This document shows, piece after piece, positions 1 to 10,586 of a stretch of 64,000 nt of DNA. The first letter of the stretch is position 1. Every line of letters begins with the position of its first letter. The position numbers and the translations under genes were made by a program. Origin of the DNA: an uncultured Chloroflexia bacterium (lineage in GTDB: Bacteria > Chloroflexota > Limnocylindria > QHBO01); assembly GCA_963812115.1 (NCBI GenBank), contig CAWEUD010000043.1:123535-187534 (forward strand). The letters run 5' to 3'. The notes under the pieces are model-generated. The model was not told the DNA's origin and ran no database searches. It saw only the letters and a program-made list of their open reading frames with translations.

Positions 1-728
1 CGTCGCATGAAGACGCTCCAGACGCTGGCCAGCCGGCTGGTGACGGTCGTCTTCGCGCTCATCGCGCTGCTGATGGTCCTCTCGCAGTTCCAGGTCGACA
101 TCGGCCCGGCCATCGCCGGCTTCGGCGTGATCGGCATCGCCATCGGCTTCGGCGCGCAGACCCTGGTGCGGGACTGGCTCTCGGGGATCTTCATCGTCAT
201 CGAGAACCAGTACAGCGTCGGCGACGTGATCTCGATCGCCGGCGTGGACGGCATCGTCGAGGCCTTCAGCCTCCGACGCACTGTGCTCCGCAACCTGGAC
301 GGGACCGTCCACAGCGTGCCGAACGGTCAGATCGTGGTGGCGTCGAACATGACGCGCGGGTGGGCGCGCGTGAACCTCGACGTGTCGGTCGCCTACGACG
401 CGGATATCGAGGAGGTGTCCCGGGTGATCGATCAGGTCGGCGAGGAGATGCAGGCGGACCCGGCCTGGCAAGACAGGATCCTGGAGCCGCCGAAGGTGAT
501 GCGGGTCAACGCCCTGGGCGACTCGGCGGTGGCGCTCAAGGTGCTGGGACAGGTGCTGCCGGCCCAGCAGTGGGCGGTCACCGGGGAGCTTCGCAAGCGG
601 ATCCTCACGGCCTTCGCCCGCGAGAACATCGAGATCCCGTTCCCGCACCAGGTGCTGATCAGCCGGACTTCCAACGGCGGCCGCACGCATCCGACAGCGG
701 AGCCTGGAGCCAGGCCCGACAGCGAGGG

Positions 729-732
<4 letters not shown>
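1..732 (+). CDS. Mechanosensitive ion channel protein, MscS family; probably 5'-truncated by the window edge
   Basis: ORF 7..732 with the frame open back to nt 1. Hydrophobic TM segment followed by an MscS-like beta/C-terminal domain ([39 protein letters not shown]). Confidence 0.75.
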
Positions 733-2045
<1,313 letters not shown>

Positions 2046-2095
2046 CGGTTCGAGGATAGCACGCGCTCAGCGGGCCACGGATCTCCGCGCGAGGT

Positions 2096-2114
2096 TGCAC
2101 CAACCGCTGGTGCA
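2096..2114. promoter_or_regulatory. Perfect 7-bp inverted repeat TGCACCA-N5-TGGTGCA in the clpX/ogt divergent intergenic region; candidate operator
   Basis: Seen directly in the sequence, about 50 nt upstream of the clpX start and about 110 nt upstream of the proposed ogt start. Confidence 0.3.
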
Positions 2115-2224
2115 TGGACCACGATCGTTCCCGGACCGCGAATCACCACGATTTGGCCCCACCCACGGGGCAGAGCACCACCGACCGGCGTGAAGCGAGC
2201 GTCCTGGCGGAGAATCGTCGCGCC

Positions 2225-2755
2225 ATGCACCAGGGACCGGTGAATCATCGACCGAGACGAAGCGCCAGGAGCGCCGGAAGCGGCCGATCCGAATTGGCCT
2301 GCGCACCGCTCGATACGCCGATCGGGCGCCTGTGGATAACCGTGTCGGCCATCGGCCTCGTCAGCATCGTGCGCGGCGAGGTACCGCCGGCCGCCGTGCC
2401 GCGTGACCCCGATGCGTGCGCGTCCTCGGTTGCCCAGCTTGCGGCCTACTTCAGCGGACGCCTGCGCGAGCTCGACCTGCAGCTCGACCTGTCGAGCGCA
2501 TCGGCCTTCGATGCGGCCGTATGGCGTGCGGCACGCGAGATCCCCTACGGGCAGACGTCGTCGTACGGCGAGGTGGCGCTGATTGCTGGCCGACCCGGCG
2601 CCGCTCGCGCGGTCGGCGGCTCCATGGCGCGCTGCCCGCTGACGCCGGTCGTGCCCTGCCATCGGGTCATCCACGCGGACGGCAGCCTGGGTGGCTGGGG
2701 TGGCCAGGCCTGGATCAAACGCTGGCTGCTGGACCTGGAGCGCACAGGCGGATAG
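2225..2755 (+). CDS. ogt: Methylated-DNA--protein-cysteine methyltransferase (Ogt/MGMT)
   Basis: Active-site motif PCHRV and an N-terminal MGMT domain (LDTPIGRLWI). The long ORF 2114..2755 has been trimmed to the internal ATG at 2225, which gives a protein of about 176 aa. Confidence 0.85.
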   Translation: MHQGPVNHRPRRSARSAGSGRSELACAPLDTPIGRLWITVSAIGLVSIVRGEVPPAAVPRDPDACASSVAQLAAYFSGRLRELDLQLDLSSASAFDAAVWRAAREIPYGQTSSYGEVALIAGRPGAARAVGGSMARCPLTPVVPCHRVIHADGSLGGWGGQAWIKRWLLDLERTGG

Positions 2756-2809
2756 CCGCAACGTGCCCGGGCGACGCGCCGGCGGCCGGGGGTCCGCGAG
2801 GGACCGGCG

Positions 2810-3499
2810 TTACTTCTTCTTGGGTTCAGGCATGGGTCCGCGGCTGGCATCGGCCTCCGCGGCCTTGTCGGCGGACGGGACCGTGCCCTGCGCCTCCTGC
2901 GCCATGCTGATCAGCGACTCGGCGTGGCCGGAGAAGACCTCGTCCACCAGCCCGTACGCCTTCGCTTCCTCGCCGCTCATGAAGTAGTCGCGCTCGGAGT
3001 CCTTCTTGACCTTGTCGTACTCCTGCCCGGTGTGCTTGGCCAGGATGTGCATGAGGCGATCGGTGAGATGCAGCATCTCGCGCATCTGGATCTCCACGTC
3101 GGGGGTGTTGCCACGGAAACCACCCGATCCCTGGTGGATCATGATGCGGCTGTTCGGCAGCGCGTAGCGCTTGCCCGTGGCCCCCGCCGCCAGCAGCACC
3201 GCGCCCATGGAGGCCGCCTGGCCGATGCAGATGGTGCTCACCGGCGCCTTCAGGTACTGCATCGTGTCGTAGATCGCCAGCCCCGAGGTCACCACCCCGC
3301 CGGGCGAGTTGACGTAGAGGCTGATGTCCTTCTCCGGATCCTCGCTCTCCAGGAAGAGCAGCTGGGCGATGACCAGGTTGGCGATGTGATCCTCGATCGC
3401 ATCGCCGAGAAAGATGATGCGCTCCTTGAGGAGACGCGAGTAGATGTCGAAGGCCCGCTCGCCGCGGGCGCTCGACTCGATGACCATCGGGACCAGCAT
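2810..3499 (-). CDS. clpP: ATP-dependent Clp protease proteolytic subunit ClpP
   Basis: Sequence resembles E. coli ClpP across the catalytic region. The start is set at the internal ATG (MLVPMVIE, which matches the mature ClpP N-terminus). It is preceded by AGGAG with 7-nt spacing, lying over the tig stop codon. The longer ORF start at 3580 would overlap tig. Confidence 0.9.
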   Translation of the reverse strand: MLVPMVIESSARGERAFDIYSRLLKERIIFLGDAIEDHIANLVIAQLLFLESEDPEKDISLYVNSPGGVVTSGLAIYDTMQYLKAPVSTICIGQAASMGAVLLAAGATGKRYALPNSRIMIHQGSGGFRGNTPDVEIQMREMLHLTDRLMHILAKHTGQEYDKVKKDSERDYFMSGEEAKAYGLVDEVFSGHAESLISMAQEAQGTVPSADKAAEADASRGPMPEPKKK

Positions 3500-3503
3500 G
3501 CCA

Positions 3504-4874
3504 TTACTCCTGGGGGACGTCTGATTCGGAGGCTGCGTCGTCCTCGGGGGCCGATGTCGCCGTCTCCCCGGCGGATGCATCGGTCCCGAGCGCGCGCTCG
3601 ATGAGCGTGTCGACCAGTTTACGGTTGCGGATCGTCATCCGCAGGTAGCTGCGGGCGCGGCGGCTGCCGAGCGACTCGGCCAGCTTCGGGTCGTTGCCGT
3701 ACCGAGCGAGCTGCTCGTCGATCTCGGCGGTGATCTCCTCGTCGCTGGCATCGATCCCCTCTTTCTCGGCGATCGCCGACAGGACGAGCAGGACCTTCAC
3801 TCGACGGGACGCGGGTTCGCGCAGTTCGGCGGTCAGCTCCTCGGGCGACTGCTTCGAGAGCGCCAGGTACTGGTCCAGGCCGATGCGCTGCTGCGCGAGT
3901 CGATTGCGCAGCTCGTCGCGCATGATCTCGACCTCGTTGGCGATCATGACCTCAGGCAGCTCCACCGTCGCGTTCGACTCGGCGAAGTCGATGATCCGGT
4001 CGGCGTAGCTGTGGCGCGCCTCGTCCACCGCCCGGCGCTGCAGCGCGTCGCGAATCTCCGCGCGCAGCGCGTCCACCGACGCAACGTCGCCCGTCGACTT
4101 CGCGAACTCGTCGTCGACCTCCGGCAGGATCCGTTCGCGCAGGTCGAGCATCTCCACGTCGAAGTGCGCCTGCTTGCCCTGCAGCTCCTCGACACGGTAG
4201 TCGGCGGGGAAGGTGATCTCGAACCCCTTCGTGTCCCCCACCTTCAGGCCGATGAGCTGGTCCTCCCAGCCCGGGATCATGCGATCCTCGCCGACGACCA
4301 GCGGCAGCCGGTCGGCGCTGCCGCCCTCGAAGGGTTCCCCCTCGATGGTGCCGGCGAACTTCACGGCGGCCAGGTCGTCCTTGGCCGCCCCGCGGTCGTC
4401 GATCGGCCGCAGGGTCGCCTGCTCGGCCCGCAGCTCCTCGATCACGCCGTCCACCTGCTCGTCGGTGACCTCGGGCGTCTCCAGGGTGAACGGGTAGTCG
4501 GTGTAGGCACCCAGCGTCACCTCGGGCCGCACGGCGACGGTCGCCGTGAACTTCACCGCCTGACCCTCGACCACGGCCGCCGGGTCGATCTCGACCTCCG
4601 GCTGGTCGATGGGCAGGATGGTGGTCTGGTCGAGCGCCGCGTCGTAGCTCTCCCCCACCAGGTGCTCGATCGCCTCGGCGATGACCGACCCGCGACCGAC
4701 GAAGCGGTCGATCACGTGCCGCGGGGCCTTGCCGGGCCGGAAGCCGGGTACCTTCGTGCGCTCGGCGACGTGGCGGTACGCGGTGGCGAAGTGGCGGCCG
4801 ACCTCGTCGGGAGGGACCTCGATCTCGAGCTGGACCCGCGAGCCGGGCTGCGGGTTGGTGGATACGTTGACCAA
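3504..4874 (-). CDS. tig: Trigger factor (peptidyl-prolyl cis-trans isomerase)
   Basis: Full-length trigger-factor-like sequence ([19 protein letters not shown]... at the N-terminus). The 57-aa low-complexity extension up to the 5042 ATG looks spurious, and the probable start is a TTG near 4874. The start is uncertain. Confidence 0.85.
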   Translation of the reverse strand: MVNVSTNPQPGSRVQLEIEVPPDEVGRHFATAYRHVAERTKVPGFRPGKAPRHVIDRFVGRGSVIAEAIEHLVGESYDAALDQTTILPIDQPEVEIDPAAVVEGQAVKFTATVAVRPEVTLGAYTDYPFTLETPEVTDEQVDGVIEELRAEQATLRPIDDRGAAKDDLAAVKFAGTIEGEPFEGGSADRLPLVVGEDRMIPGWEDQLIGLKVGDTKGFEITFPADYRVEELQGKQAHFDVEMLDLRERILPEVDDEFAKSTGDVASVDALRAEIRDALQRRAVDEARHSYADRIIDFAESNATVELPEVMIANEVEIMRDELRNRLAQQRIGLDQYLALSKQSPEELTAELREPASRRVKVLLVLSAIAEKEGIDASDEEITAEIDEQLARYGNDPKLAESLGSRRARSYLRMTIRNRKLVDTLIERALGTDASAGETATSAPEDDAASESDVPQE

Positions 4875-5040
4875 GTTCTTCCTGCTGCTCCTGCGATGCT
4901 GGGGGACGCGTGCGCGAAGCGGTGAACCGTGGGGTGCGGGTCCGGGAGGTTCACTCAGTCTAGCCGACCGCCCGGGGATCGCGGTCGCCACGCGATCGGC
5001 CCTTGACCATCCTCCTCCCGGCCACGACCCTGTACGGGCC

Positions 5041-5889
5041 ATGGGGCGTATTCAGCGCAAGAGCGTCAGGGACCCGGACGAGGTTCGCGAGCTGCCAGGA
5101 CTGACGTTGAACCTGCTTCGGGTCGGGTCGCTGGAACTGGGGTACGGGACGGTGCGGCCGGGCTTCCGATGGTCTACCCACCTGCGCCAGGAGACCGATG
5201 CACCGCTCTGCCAGATCCACCATCTGCAGCTCCTGCTGTCAGGGGGATTTGCCGTCCAGATGGACGACGGCGAGTACGCGGAAGTGCAGCCGTACGAGGT
5301 CTTCGACGTTCCCCCGGGCCACGATGCCTGGGTGCTCGGAGACGAGCCGGCCGTCATCCTGGACTTCCTTGGAAACATCGAGCAGCTGGGGCGGCCCGCC
5401 AGCAAGGACCGCATCGTCACGACGCTGCTGATGACCGACATCGTCGACTCGACGGCGACCGCCAGCCGTCTCGGGGATGCGACCTGGAAGCAGAAGCTGG
5501 GCGAGCACAACCGGCTGGTCAGGTCTCGTCTCGAGCGCTACCTCGGCCAGGAGGTCAACACTACCGGCGACGGGTTCCTGGCGATGTTTGCCAGCGCCGT
5601 GGGCGCGATCCACTGTGCCGCCGCCATCCGCGACGCCGCTGCCTCGATCGGCCTGCCGGTGCGAACCGGGATCCATACCGGGGAGGTCGAGCTGCTGCCC
5701 GGCGACATCGGCGGCATCGCGGTGCACGCGGCCGCCCGCGTGATGGCGCTTGGCGGCTCATCGGAGATCATGGTGTCGTCTGCCACGCGCGGCCTGATCA
5801 TGGAGGCGGACCTGCGGTTCGAGACCCGCGGCGTCCGATCACTCAAGGGGTTGCCAATGCCGCTCGAGGTCTTCTCGCTGCTTGCCTGA
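5041..5889 (+). CDS. Cupin-domain protein fused to a class III adenylate/guanylate cyclase catalytic domain
   Basis: Cyclase homology domain sequence (LLMTDIVDSTA...GEHNRLVRSRL...NTTGDGFLAMF...RTGIHTGEV) follows an N-terminal cupin-like fold. The start is taken at the internal ATG at 5041, because the upstream part of ORF 4681..5889 is low complexity and overlaps tig. Confidence 0.8.
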   Translation: MGRIQRKSVRDPDEVRELPGLTLNLLRVGSLELGYGTVRPGFRWSTHLRQETDAPLCQIHHLQLLLSGGFAVQMDDGEYAEVQPYEVFDVPPGHDAWVLGDEPAVILDFLGNIEQLGRPASKDRIVTTLLMTDIVDSTATASRLGDATWKQKLGEHNRLVRSRLERYLGQEVNTTGDGFLAMFASAVGAIHCAAAIRDAAASIGLPVRTGIHTGEVELLPGDIGGIAVHAAARVMALGGSSEIMVSSATRGLIMEADLRFETRGVRSLKGLPMPLEVFSLLA

Positions 5890-5915
5890 AGCCCCGCGGC
5901 CCCCGTGCGCGGAGA

Positions 5916-5999
5916 TGGTGGGCGAGGCGAGATTCGAACTCGCACGTCTTGCGACACCGGCTCCTAAGGCCGGCGCGTCTGCCGTTCCGCCACTCGCCC
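5916..5999 (-). tRNA. tRNA-Leu (anticodon TAG)
   Basis: Hand-folded cloverleaf: 7-bp acceptor stem GGGCGAG/CTCGCCC, anticodon loop CTTAGGA, long variable arm, T-arm GTTCGAATC, encoded CCA. Confidence 0.8.
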
Positions 6000-6009
6000 G
6001 GCCCACATC

Positions 6010-6660
6010 CTACGAGATCGTGACTGGCGGCCTGGCCGCTACGATCGGCCGCGGTCCGACATGCCCGAGTACTCCTTCGCCGCCTCCTTGGGCGAATCGG
6101 GAGCACCCTGGCGCAGATCCAGGCCGCCGTCCGGCTTGCGACCGAGGATGAACTGGTCGACCGCCCGGCGCGTCAGCGCCGCAGTCACCAGCATCAGCGC
6201 CGCCTCGGCGGCCTTCCAGCCGGCACGCGACGGCCCCGGAGGCCCCTCGACCATCGCCTTCGCCAGCTCCTTGCGCGCCTTCTTGTTCTTCAGCGGCGCC
6301 AGGCGCCACTTGGCGACCTCCTCGGCCAGGGCGTCGCGCGCGTCGTGCGGCGCGTGGTCCCACGTCGTCGACCAGCGAGTCGACCCACTTCTTCATCGGC
6401 CTGGGAAGGGCGTCGTAGGCCTTCTCGGGCGCCGTCGGGCTGAGGCGCCGGCGGAGGAGCCGGGAGGTCCAGATCGGTCCACCGGTCACGAGGTAGAGCG
6501 CACCGGCTCCCACGCCGATGAAGAGCAGCGGGTTCTCCCGGAAGCGCGCCTTGAAGTCCAGCGCGTGGCGGACGCGCGACTGCAGCTGATCGGCGGTCTG
6601 CTCGACCTCGTTGCGCTGGGCGTCGACCTCTACCCGCGTTTCAGCAAGCGTTTCGCCCAC
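6010..6660 (-). CDS. Hypothetical membrane-anchored protein, DUF3618-like (N-terminal coiled coil plus one TM). The C-terminal half is low complexity and may be frameshifted.
   Basis: The N-terminal 110 aa look like a genuine conserved hypothetical (MGETLAETRVEVDAQRNEVEQTADQL...LLFIGVGAGALYLV). The C-terminal Gly/Arg-rich half looks like read-through. Confidence 0.5.
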   Translation of the reverse strand: MGETLAETRVEVDAQRNEVEQTADQLQSRVRHALDFKARFRENPLLFIGVGAGALYLVTGGPIWTSRLLRRRLSPTAPEKAYDALPRPMKKWVDSLVDDVGPRAARRARRPGRGGRQVAPGAAEEQEGAQGAGEGDGRGASGAVACRLEGRRGGADAGDCGADAPGGRPVHPRSQAGRRPGSAPGCSRFAQGGGEGVLGHVGPRPIVAARPPVTIS

Positions 6661-6730
6661 GTGATGTCCTCCTTCACCGCCGCGATGGTCTCCTCCGGCG
6701 GTCCGATGCGAATCTGCTTGATGCCGCGCA

Positions 6731-7189
6731 TCACGAAGACGGCCGACCAGTCCGAGCTGCAGCGCACAGCACGAAGAAGGCGGTCAGCCAGGCTGCCGTG
6801 AAGCCGAAGTAGGCGGGCACGGCGAAGATCGCGGCGGCGATCAGCAGGGCAATGATCACGAAGGCATTGACGACCCCCGCGATGGCGAAGCCGATGGCCA
6901 CCGCCACGAAGCCGGCCACGATGATGATGACCACGGCGATCTCGACCAGTGCGTCGAAGAGGGCCGCCATGGCCAGGATCAGCGCGACGTCGAGCGAGAT
7001 CAGGGCCAGGAACCCGAGCCCGGCAGCGATGCCGAGCATGATGGCCCCGTTCTTCGTCTCGGCCAGCATCTCGCCGATCTCCTGGCGGCCGCGGGTGATC
7101 TCGAGGCGAGCGAGCTGTACCAGCCCACCAACGAGGCGTCGCGCCAGCCCGGGGATGCTCTCCCGGCGCGGCTCTCCGGCTTGGGTCAT
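6731..7189 (-). CDS. Phage holin family protein (actinobacterial Holin-X-like, holin superfamily III), membrane protein
   Basis: 152 aa: LARLEITRGRQEIGEMLAETK followed by two or three TM helices, the typical Holin-X architecture. Sits in an operon with the DUF3618-like gene. Confidence 0.6.
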   Translation of the reverse strand: MTQAGEPRRESIPGLARRLVGGLVQLARLEITRGRQEIGEMLAETKNGAIMLGIAAGLGFLALISLDVALILAMAALFDALVEIAVVIIIVAGFVAVAIGFAIAGVVNAFVIIALLIAAAIFAVPAYFGFTAAWLTAFFVLCAAARTGRPSS

Positions 7190-7398
7190 CGTTCCTCCAT
7201 GGGGTGCAGCGTCATTGGCGACGCTTCCGAAAGTCTAGCAAGGCCCGGGCCGACTCCCCCGCCAGCCGTCCAGCGCGTTCCTCGGCTATCCTGCGCCTTC
7301 ATGGCGAAACGAGGACATCGGGCATCCAGCGACGCGGACGCGCCAGCGACGCGGCGCTGCACCGCCGGGTGGGCGAAGTCGGCGGACGGACGGCAGGG

Positions 7399-7948
7399 AT
7401 GGATCCGCGTGCCCTGCTCATTGGGGGCGTGCTCGTCATCGGCGCCGTGATCCTGGTGGTGGTGGTCCTCTTCGCGGGCGGTGGCAGCGGGGAGATCGGC
7501 GAGCGCCAGGTCGACCAGGGTGGCGGCCACATCGCGGATGGCAGCACGGGCGGGCCCTACAGCTCGACCCCTGCCACGTCCGGCCAGCACTGGAACACAC
7601 CTGCCAACTGGGGCGTCTACTCGCTTGCCAATCCGGCCGTCCAATCCCAGGTCATCCACAACCTGGAGCACGGCGGGATCGTGATCTGGTACCAGCCGGG
7701 GCAGACGTCGGAAGACGGACATCGCCGCCCTGACGAGCTACGTCCGGCAGCAGGTGCAGGCGGCGAAGTTCAAGGTGATCCTCTCGCCGTGGACCGGCGA
7801 GGACTTCGGCCACCCGATCGCCGTCACCGCCTGGAACTGGCTCCTCTACCAGGACAGCGCCGACGTCGACCAGATCCGCGCCTTCCTCGACGACCACTAC
7901 CAGCGTTCGCCGGAGCCCTATGGCGGGCCTGGGCAGCCCGCGGGCTGA
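7399..7948 (+). pseudogene. DUF3105 domain protein, interrupted by a +1 frameshift near 7722-7730
   Basis: One TM segment, then the DUF3105 core (HNLEHGGIVIWYQPG) in frame 1. The conserved C-terminus (KFKVILSPWTGEDFGHPIAVTAWNWLLYQD) is in frame 2, which ends at 7948. Confidence 0.7.
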
Positions 7949-8032
7949 GCGGATCCGGTCCGGACGGCGCCCCAGCCCGCGAGGTCATGGCCGCGCGGTT
8001 GGCGAACGCGCTGCCTGCCACCCGCCAGCGCC

Positions 8033-8230
8033 GACTACTTCACCGATGACGAAACCAGCGTCTTCGAAGGCGACATCAACCGGCTCGCCGCCTCGAAGAT
8101 GACAGCCGGCTGCGGACCGAAGACGTTCTGTCCGACCTCCACCGTCAGCCGAGGCGAGATGGCGACCTTCCTGCATCGCGCGCTGAGACGCCAGGCGGCG
8201 CAGGTTGACCGTCCCACCGACCTCCGGCAT
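8033..8230 (+). other. SLH-like (S-layer homology) motif remnant, in frame directly after the DUF3105 TGA stop, with no start codon
   Basis: Frame-2 translation gives DYFTDDETSVFEGDINRLAASKMTAGCGPKTFCPTSTVSRGEMATFLHRAL. This matches the SLH consensus F.D....H.A...I..L...GI..G...G.F.P...VTRAE.A..L.RAL. Confidence 0.4.
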
Positions 8231-8239
8231 CATCTCCGC

Positions 8240-8314
8240 GGGCGGCTAGCTCAACGGCAGAGCAAGTGACTCTTAATCACTAGGTTCAGGGTTCGAATCC
8301 CTGGCCGCTCACCA
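8240..8314 (+). tRNA. tRNA-Lys (anticodon CTT)
   Basis: Acceptor stem GGGCGGC/GCCGCTC, D-arm GCTCAACGGCAGAGC, anticodon stem AGTGA/TCACT around loop CTCTTAA, T-arm CAGGGTTCGAATCCCTG, encoded CCA. Confidence 0.8.
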
Positions 8315-8405
8315 ATTCCGCAACTTGGGCCCGCGGCGACGGCCGACGCCACGTCCGCCCACGCAGTCCTGCGCTCCTAGCGGTCGCCGGCGGCGGGGAC
8401 GCCCG

Positions 8406-10586
8406 TCACTTGAGCGCCACGACCTCCAGGTCGCCCTTCCGCCGGAGGATGCGGACGATCGCACCCACGGCCTGCTGCTCGAGCTCCAGGTCGATCGAGG
8501 CATCGGCTACCCGCAGACCTGCGATGCGCAGGGAATCGAGGAATGGCGGGAGCACGGCGTGGCGGAAGCGCACCTGCCGGCGCGCGGCGTCGATCTCCAG
8601 TCCAATGGCGGCCTGCAGCAGCATGAATACTGCTCCCGCCGACCACGCCTGCGGAGAGCAGGCAACGGGGTACCGAGTGGGTCCTTCGTGCTCCCGACGC
8701 GAGAACCCGCAGAAGAGCTCCGGCAGGCGGCCGAGGTCGAAGTGGCGGGCGGCATCGAACATGTCGGACAGGATGCGAGCAGCAAGCTCGGGAAACCCGT
8801 AGCGCGAGAGCCCCAGCGCCACCAAGGCGTTGTCGTGCGGCCACACCGAGCCGTTGTGATACGACATCGGGTTGTAGCGGGCCGATCCCGCCGCCACGGT
8901 GCGGACCCCCCACCCCGAGTACGAGGCGGGGCCAGTGAGCGTTTCCGCCAGGCGTTCGGCGCGCTCGGGGAGCGCGATCTCGGTCAGCAGGGCGTGCCCT
9001 GCGTTCGACGCGACCACCCGGCAAGGCCGCTTCTCTCCGTCCAGCGCCAGGACGTAGGTACCCAGCTCGTCGTCCCAGAAGGCATCGTCGAACTGCCTCC
9101 GGAGGGCCTTTGCGCGGCTGCGCAACCCGCTTGCCTGGTCGGGGCGCCCGAGCGCCTCCCGGATCTCTGCGGCACCGAGGAGCGCGGCGTACGCATAGCC
9201 CTGCACCTCGCAGAGGGCGATAGGCCCTTCGGCAAGGCGCCCATCGGCATGGAAGACCGAATCGGCCGAGTCCTTCCAGCCCTGCTGCGAGAGCCCGGCA
9301 TCGGCAGAACGCCGGTACTCGAGGAAGCCGTCGCCGTCGGGATCGCCATCGGCATCCATCCATTCGAGGGCGCGCTCCACGTGCGGGAACAGGGCGTTCT
9401 GCAGATCCAGGTCCGCCGTCTGGCGGAGGTGGGCGGCTGCGAGCATCACGAACAGCGGCGTCGCGTCCTGGCTCCCGTAGTAGCGCCCGAATGGCACCTC
9501 TCCCAACGCCGCCATCTCGCCTTCCCGCAGCTCGTGCAGGATCTTTCCCGGCGCAGCGTCCCGCTCACGATCGACCGATGGGGCCTGGGTGGCCGCAAGG
9601 AATGAGAGGACGCCGCGCGCCAGGCGGGGCTGGGCCCAGAGGCACTCGAGCGCGGTGATCAGCCCGTCGCGGCCGAACGGCGTGCTGAACCACGGGATGC
9701 CGGCGTACGGATACGGCCCGTGCGCGGTTCGCGAGGTGAGCATCGCCAGGTCGCTGGTGCTTCGATCCAGCCAATCATTGAAAATCTCGTTCGAGCTGGT
9801 GATGCGCGTCGAGCGACCCAGGATTCGGTCGTTGTGGCGCCGGGCTCGCGCAGCAGCGGACTCCCAATCCCGGGCGGCATTGGCTCGCCGACCGGATTCG
9901 CAGCGCACCACCACGTCGATGGTGGTGGCCGCGGCGTCGCGCAACTCGAGCTCGAAGCGTGCATGGGACGCGTCCAGCTCGGCGGGCGCCGGCGAAAACG
10001 CGATAAGCGTGCGGCGATCCACCCCGTCGAGGCCCCGGTACCGAACCGAGACGGTGTCGGAAGTGGCCGTCTCCGACACGATCCGGCCGCGCCTCGCCCG
10101 GCGCAGACCCCGGACCTCGAAGATGTCGGCGAAGTCAGCCCCGAACAGCAGGAGCAGGTCCATGGAGATCGGCCGGCGGGCGAAGCTGCGCACCACGAGC
10201 CGCTCGTGGCAGGCGCCGTTGAGCAGGACCTTCGACCGGCCGACGTGGACCTGGTTATGCGCGACGGCATCGGTCCCGGCCTCGTAGTCCGCGTTGGTGA
10301 GGTCGATCGAGACGCGCGCGTTGTCGGAACGTGTCGTCGCACCGAGCAGGAGCGGTGGGTGGCCGCCGAGGCGCAGGACCAGCCCGGAGAGGTGGCGAGT
10401 CCCGCGGTGGTAGATCCCCCCCTCGCCGTACGGCGAGGGGCGGATGTCGCCGAACCGATCGAAGACGGCGAAGGAGTCCCCGTCCTTGAGGACCTGATCG
10501 TGCTCCCGGTCCTGGTCCGCAACGGCGAGAACGTCGTACCGTCGGCCGGCCTCCGACGCCTCGGGATCAGAGGGGAACCGCGTCAT
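8406..10586 (-). CDS. Amylo-alpha-1,6-glucosidase family glycogen debranching enzyme (GDE_N + GDE_C)
   Basis: Sequence resembles bacterial/archaeal-type glycogen debranching enzymes along its length. The start is trimmed to the internal ATG (MTRFPSDPEA), and the gene overlaps the upstream GT4 gene by about 20 nt. Confidence 0.85.
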   Translation of the reverse strand: MTRFPSDPEASEAGRRYDVLAVADQDREHDQVLKDGDSFAVFDRFGDIRPSPYGEGGIYHRGTRHLSGLVLRLGGHPPLLLGATTRSDNARVSIDLTNADYEAGTDAVAHNQVHVGRSKVLLNGACHERLVVRSFARRPISMDLLLLFGADFADIFEVRGLRRARRGRIVSETATSDTVSVRYRGLDGVDRRTLIAFSPAPAELDASHARFELELRDAAATTIDVVVRCESGRRANAARDWESAAARARRHNDRILGRSTRITSSNEIFNDWLDRSTSDLAMLTSRTAHGPYPYAGIPWFSTPFGRDGLITALECLWAQPRLARGVLSFLAATQAPSVDRERDAAPGKILHELREGEMAALGEVPFGRYYGSQDATPLFVMLAAAHLRQTADLDLQNALFPHVERALEWMDADGDPDGDGFLEYRRSADAGLSQQGWKDSADSVFHADGRLAEGPIALCEVQGYAYAALLGAAEIREALGRPDQASGLRSRAKALRRQFDDAFWDDELGTYVLALDGEKRPCRVVASNAGHALLTEIALPERAERLAETLTGPASYSGWGVRTVAAGSARYNPMSYHNGSVWPHDNALVALGLSRYGFPELAARILSDMFDAARHFDLGRLPELFCGFSRREHEGPTRYPVACSPQAWSAGAVFMLLQAAIGLEIDAARRQVRFRHAVLPPFLDSLRIAGLRVADASIDLELEQQAVGAIVRILRRKGDLEVVALK

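Noticed and set aside
3500-3580. Longest-ORF start of clpP at 3580 (27-aa Pro/Arg-rich extension) and the tig start at 5042
   Set aside because: The extensions are low complexity, and the clpP one overlaps the tig 3' end. An internal start with a strong SD (clpP) and a TTG near the conserved N-terminus (tig) fit far better.
7920-8233. Small ORFs 7920..8102 (+), 7985..8233 (-) and 8035..8217 (-) downstream of DUF3105
   Set aside because: Arg/Pro-rich or out of frame with the SLH-like motif. The only protein-like reading of this stretch is the start-less frame-2 continuation described in the findings.
5916-8314. Searched around the three tRNA genes for integrases, att-site direct repeats or other mobile-element hallmarks
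   Set aside because: No integrase, transposase or recombinase-like ORF, and no duplicated tRNA 3' segment, anywhere in the 64 kb. The mini-island idea is kept only as a low-interest finding.
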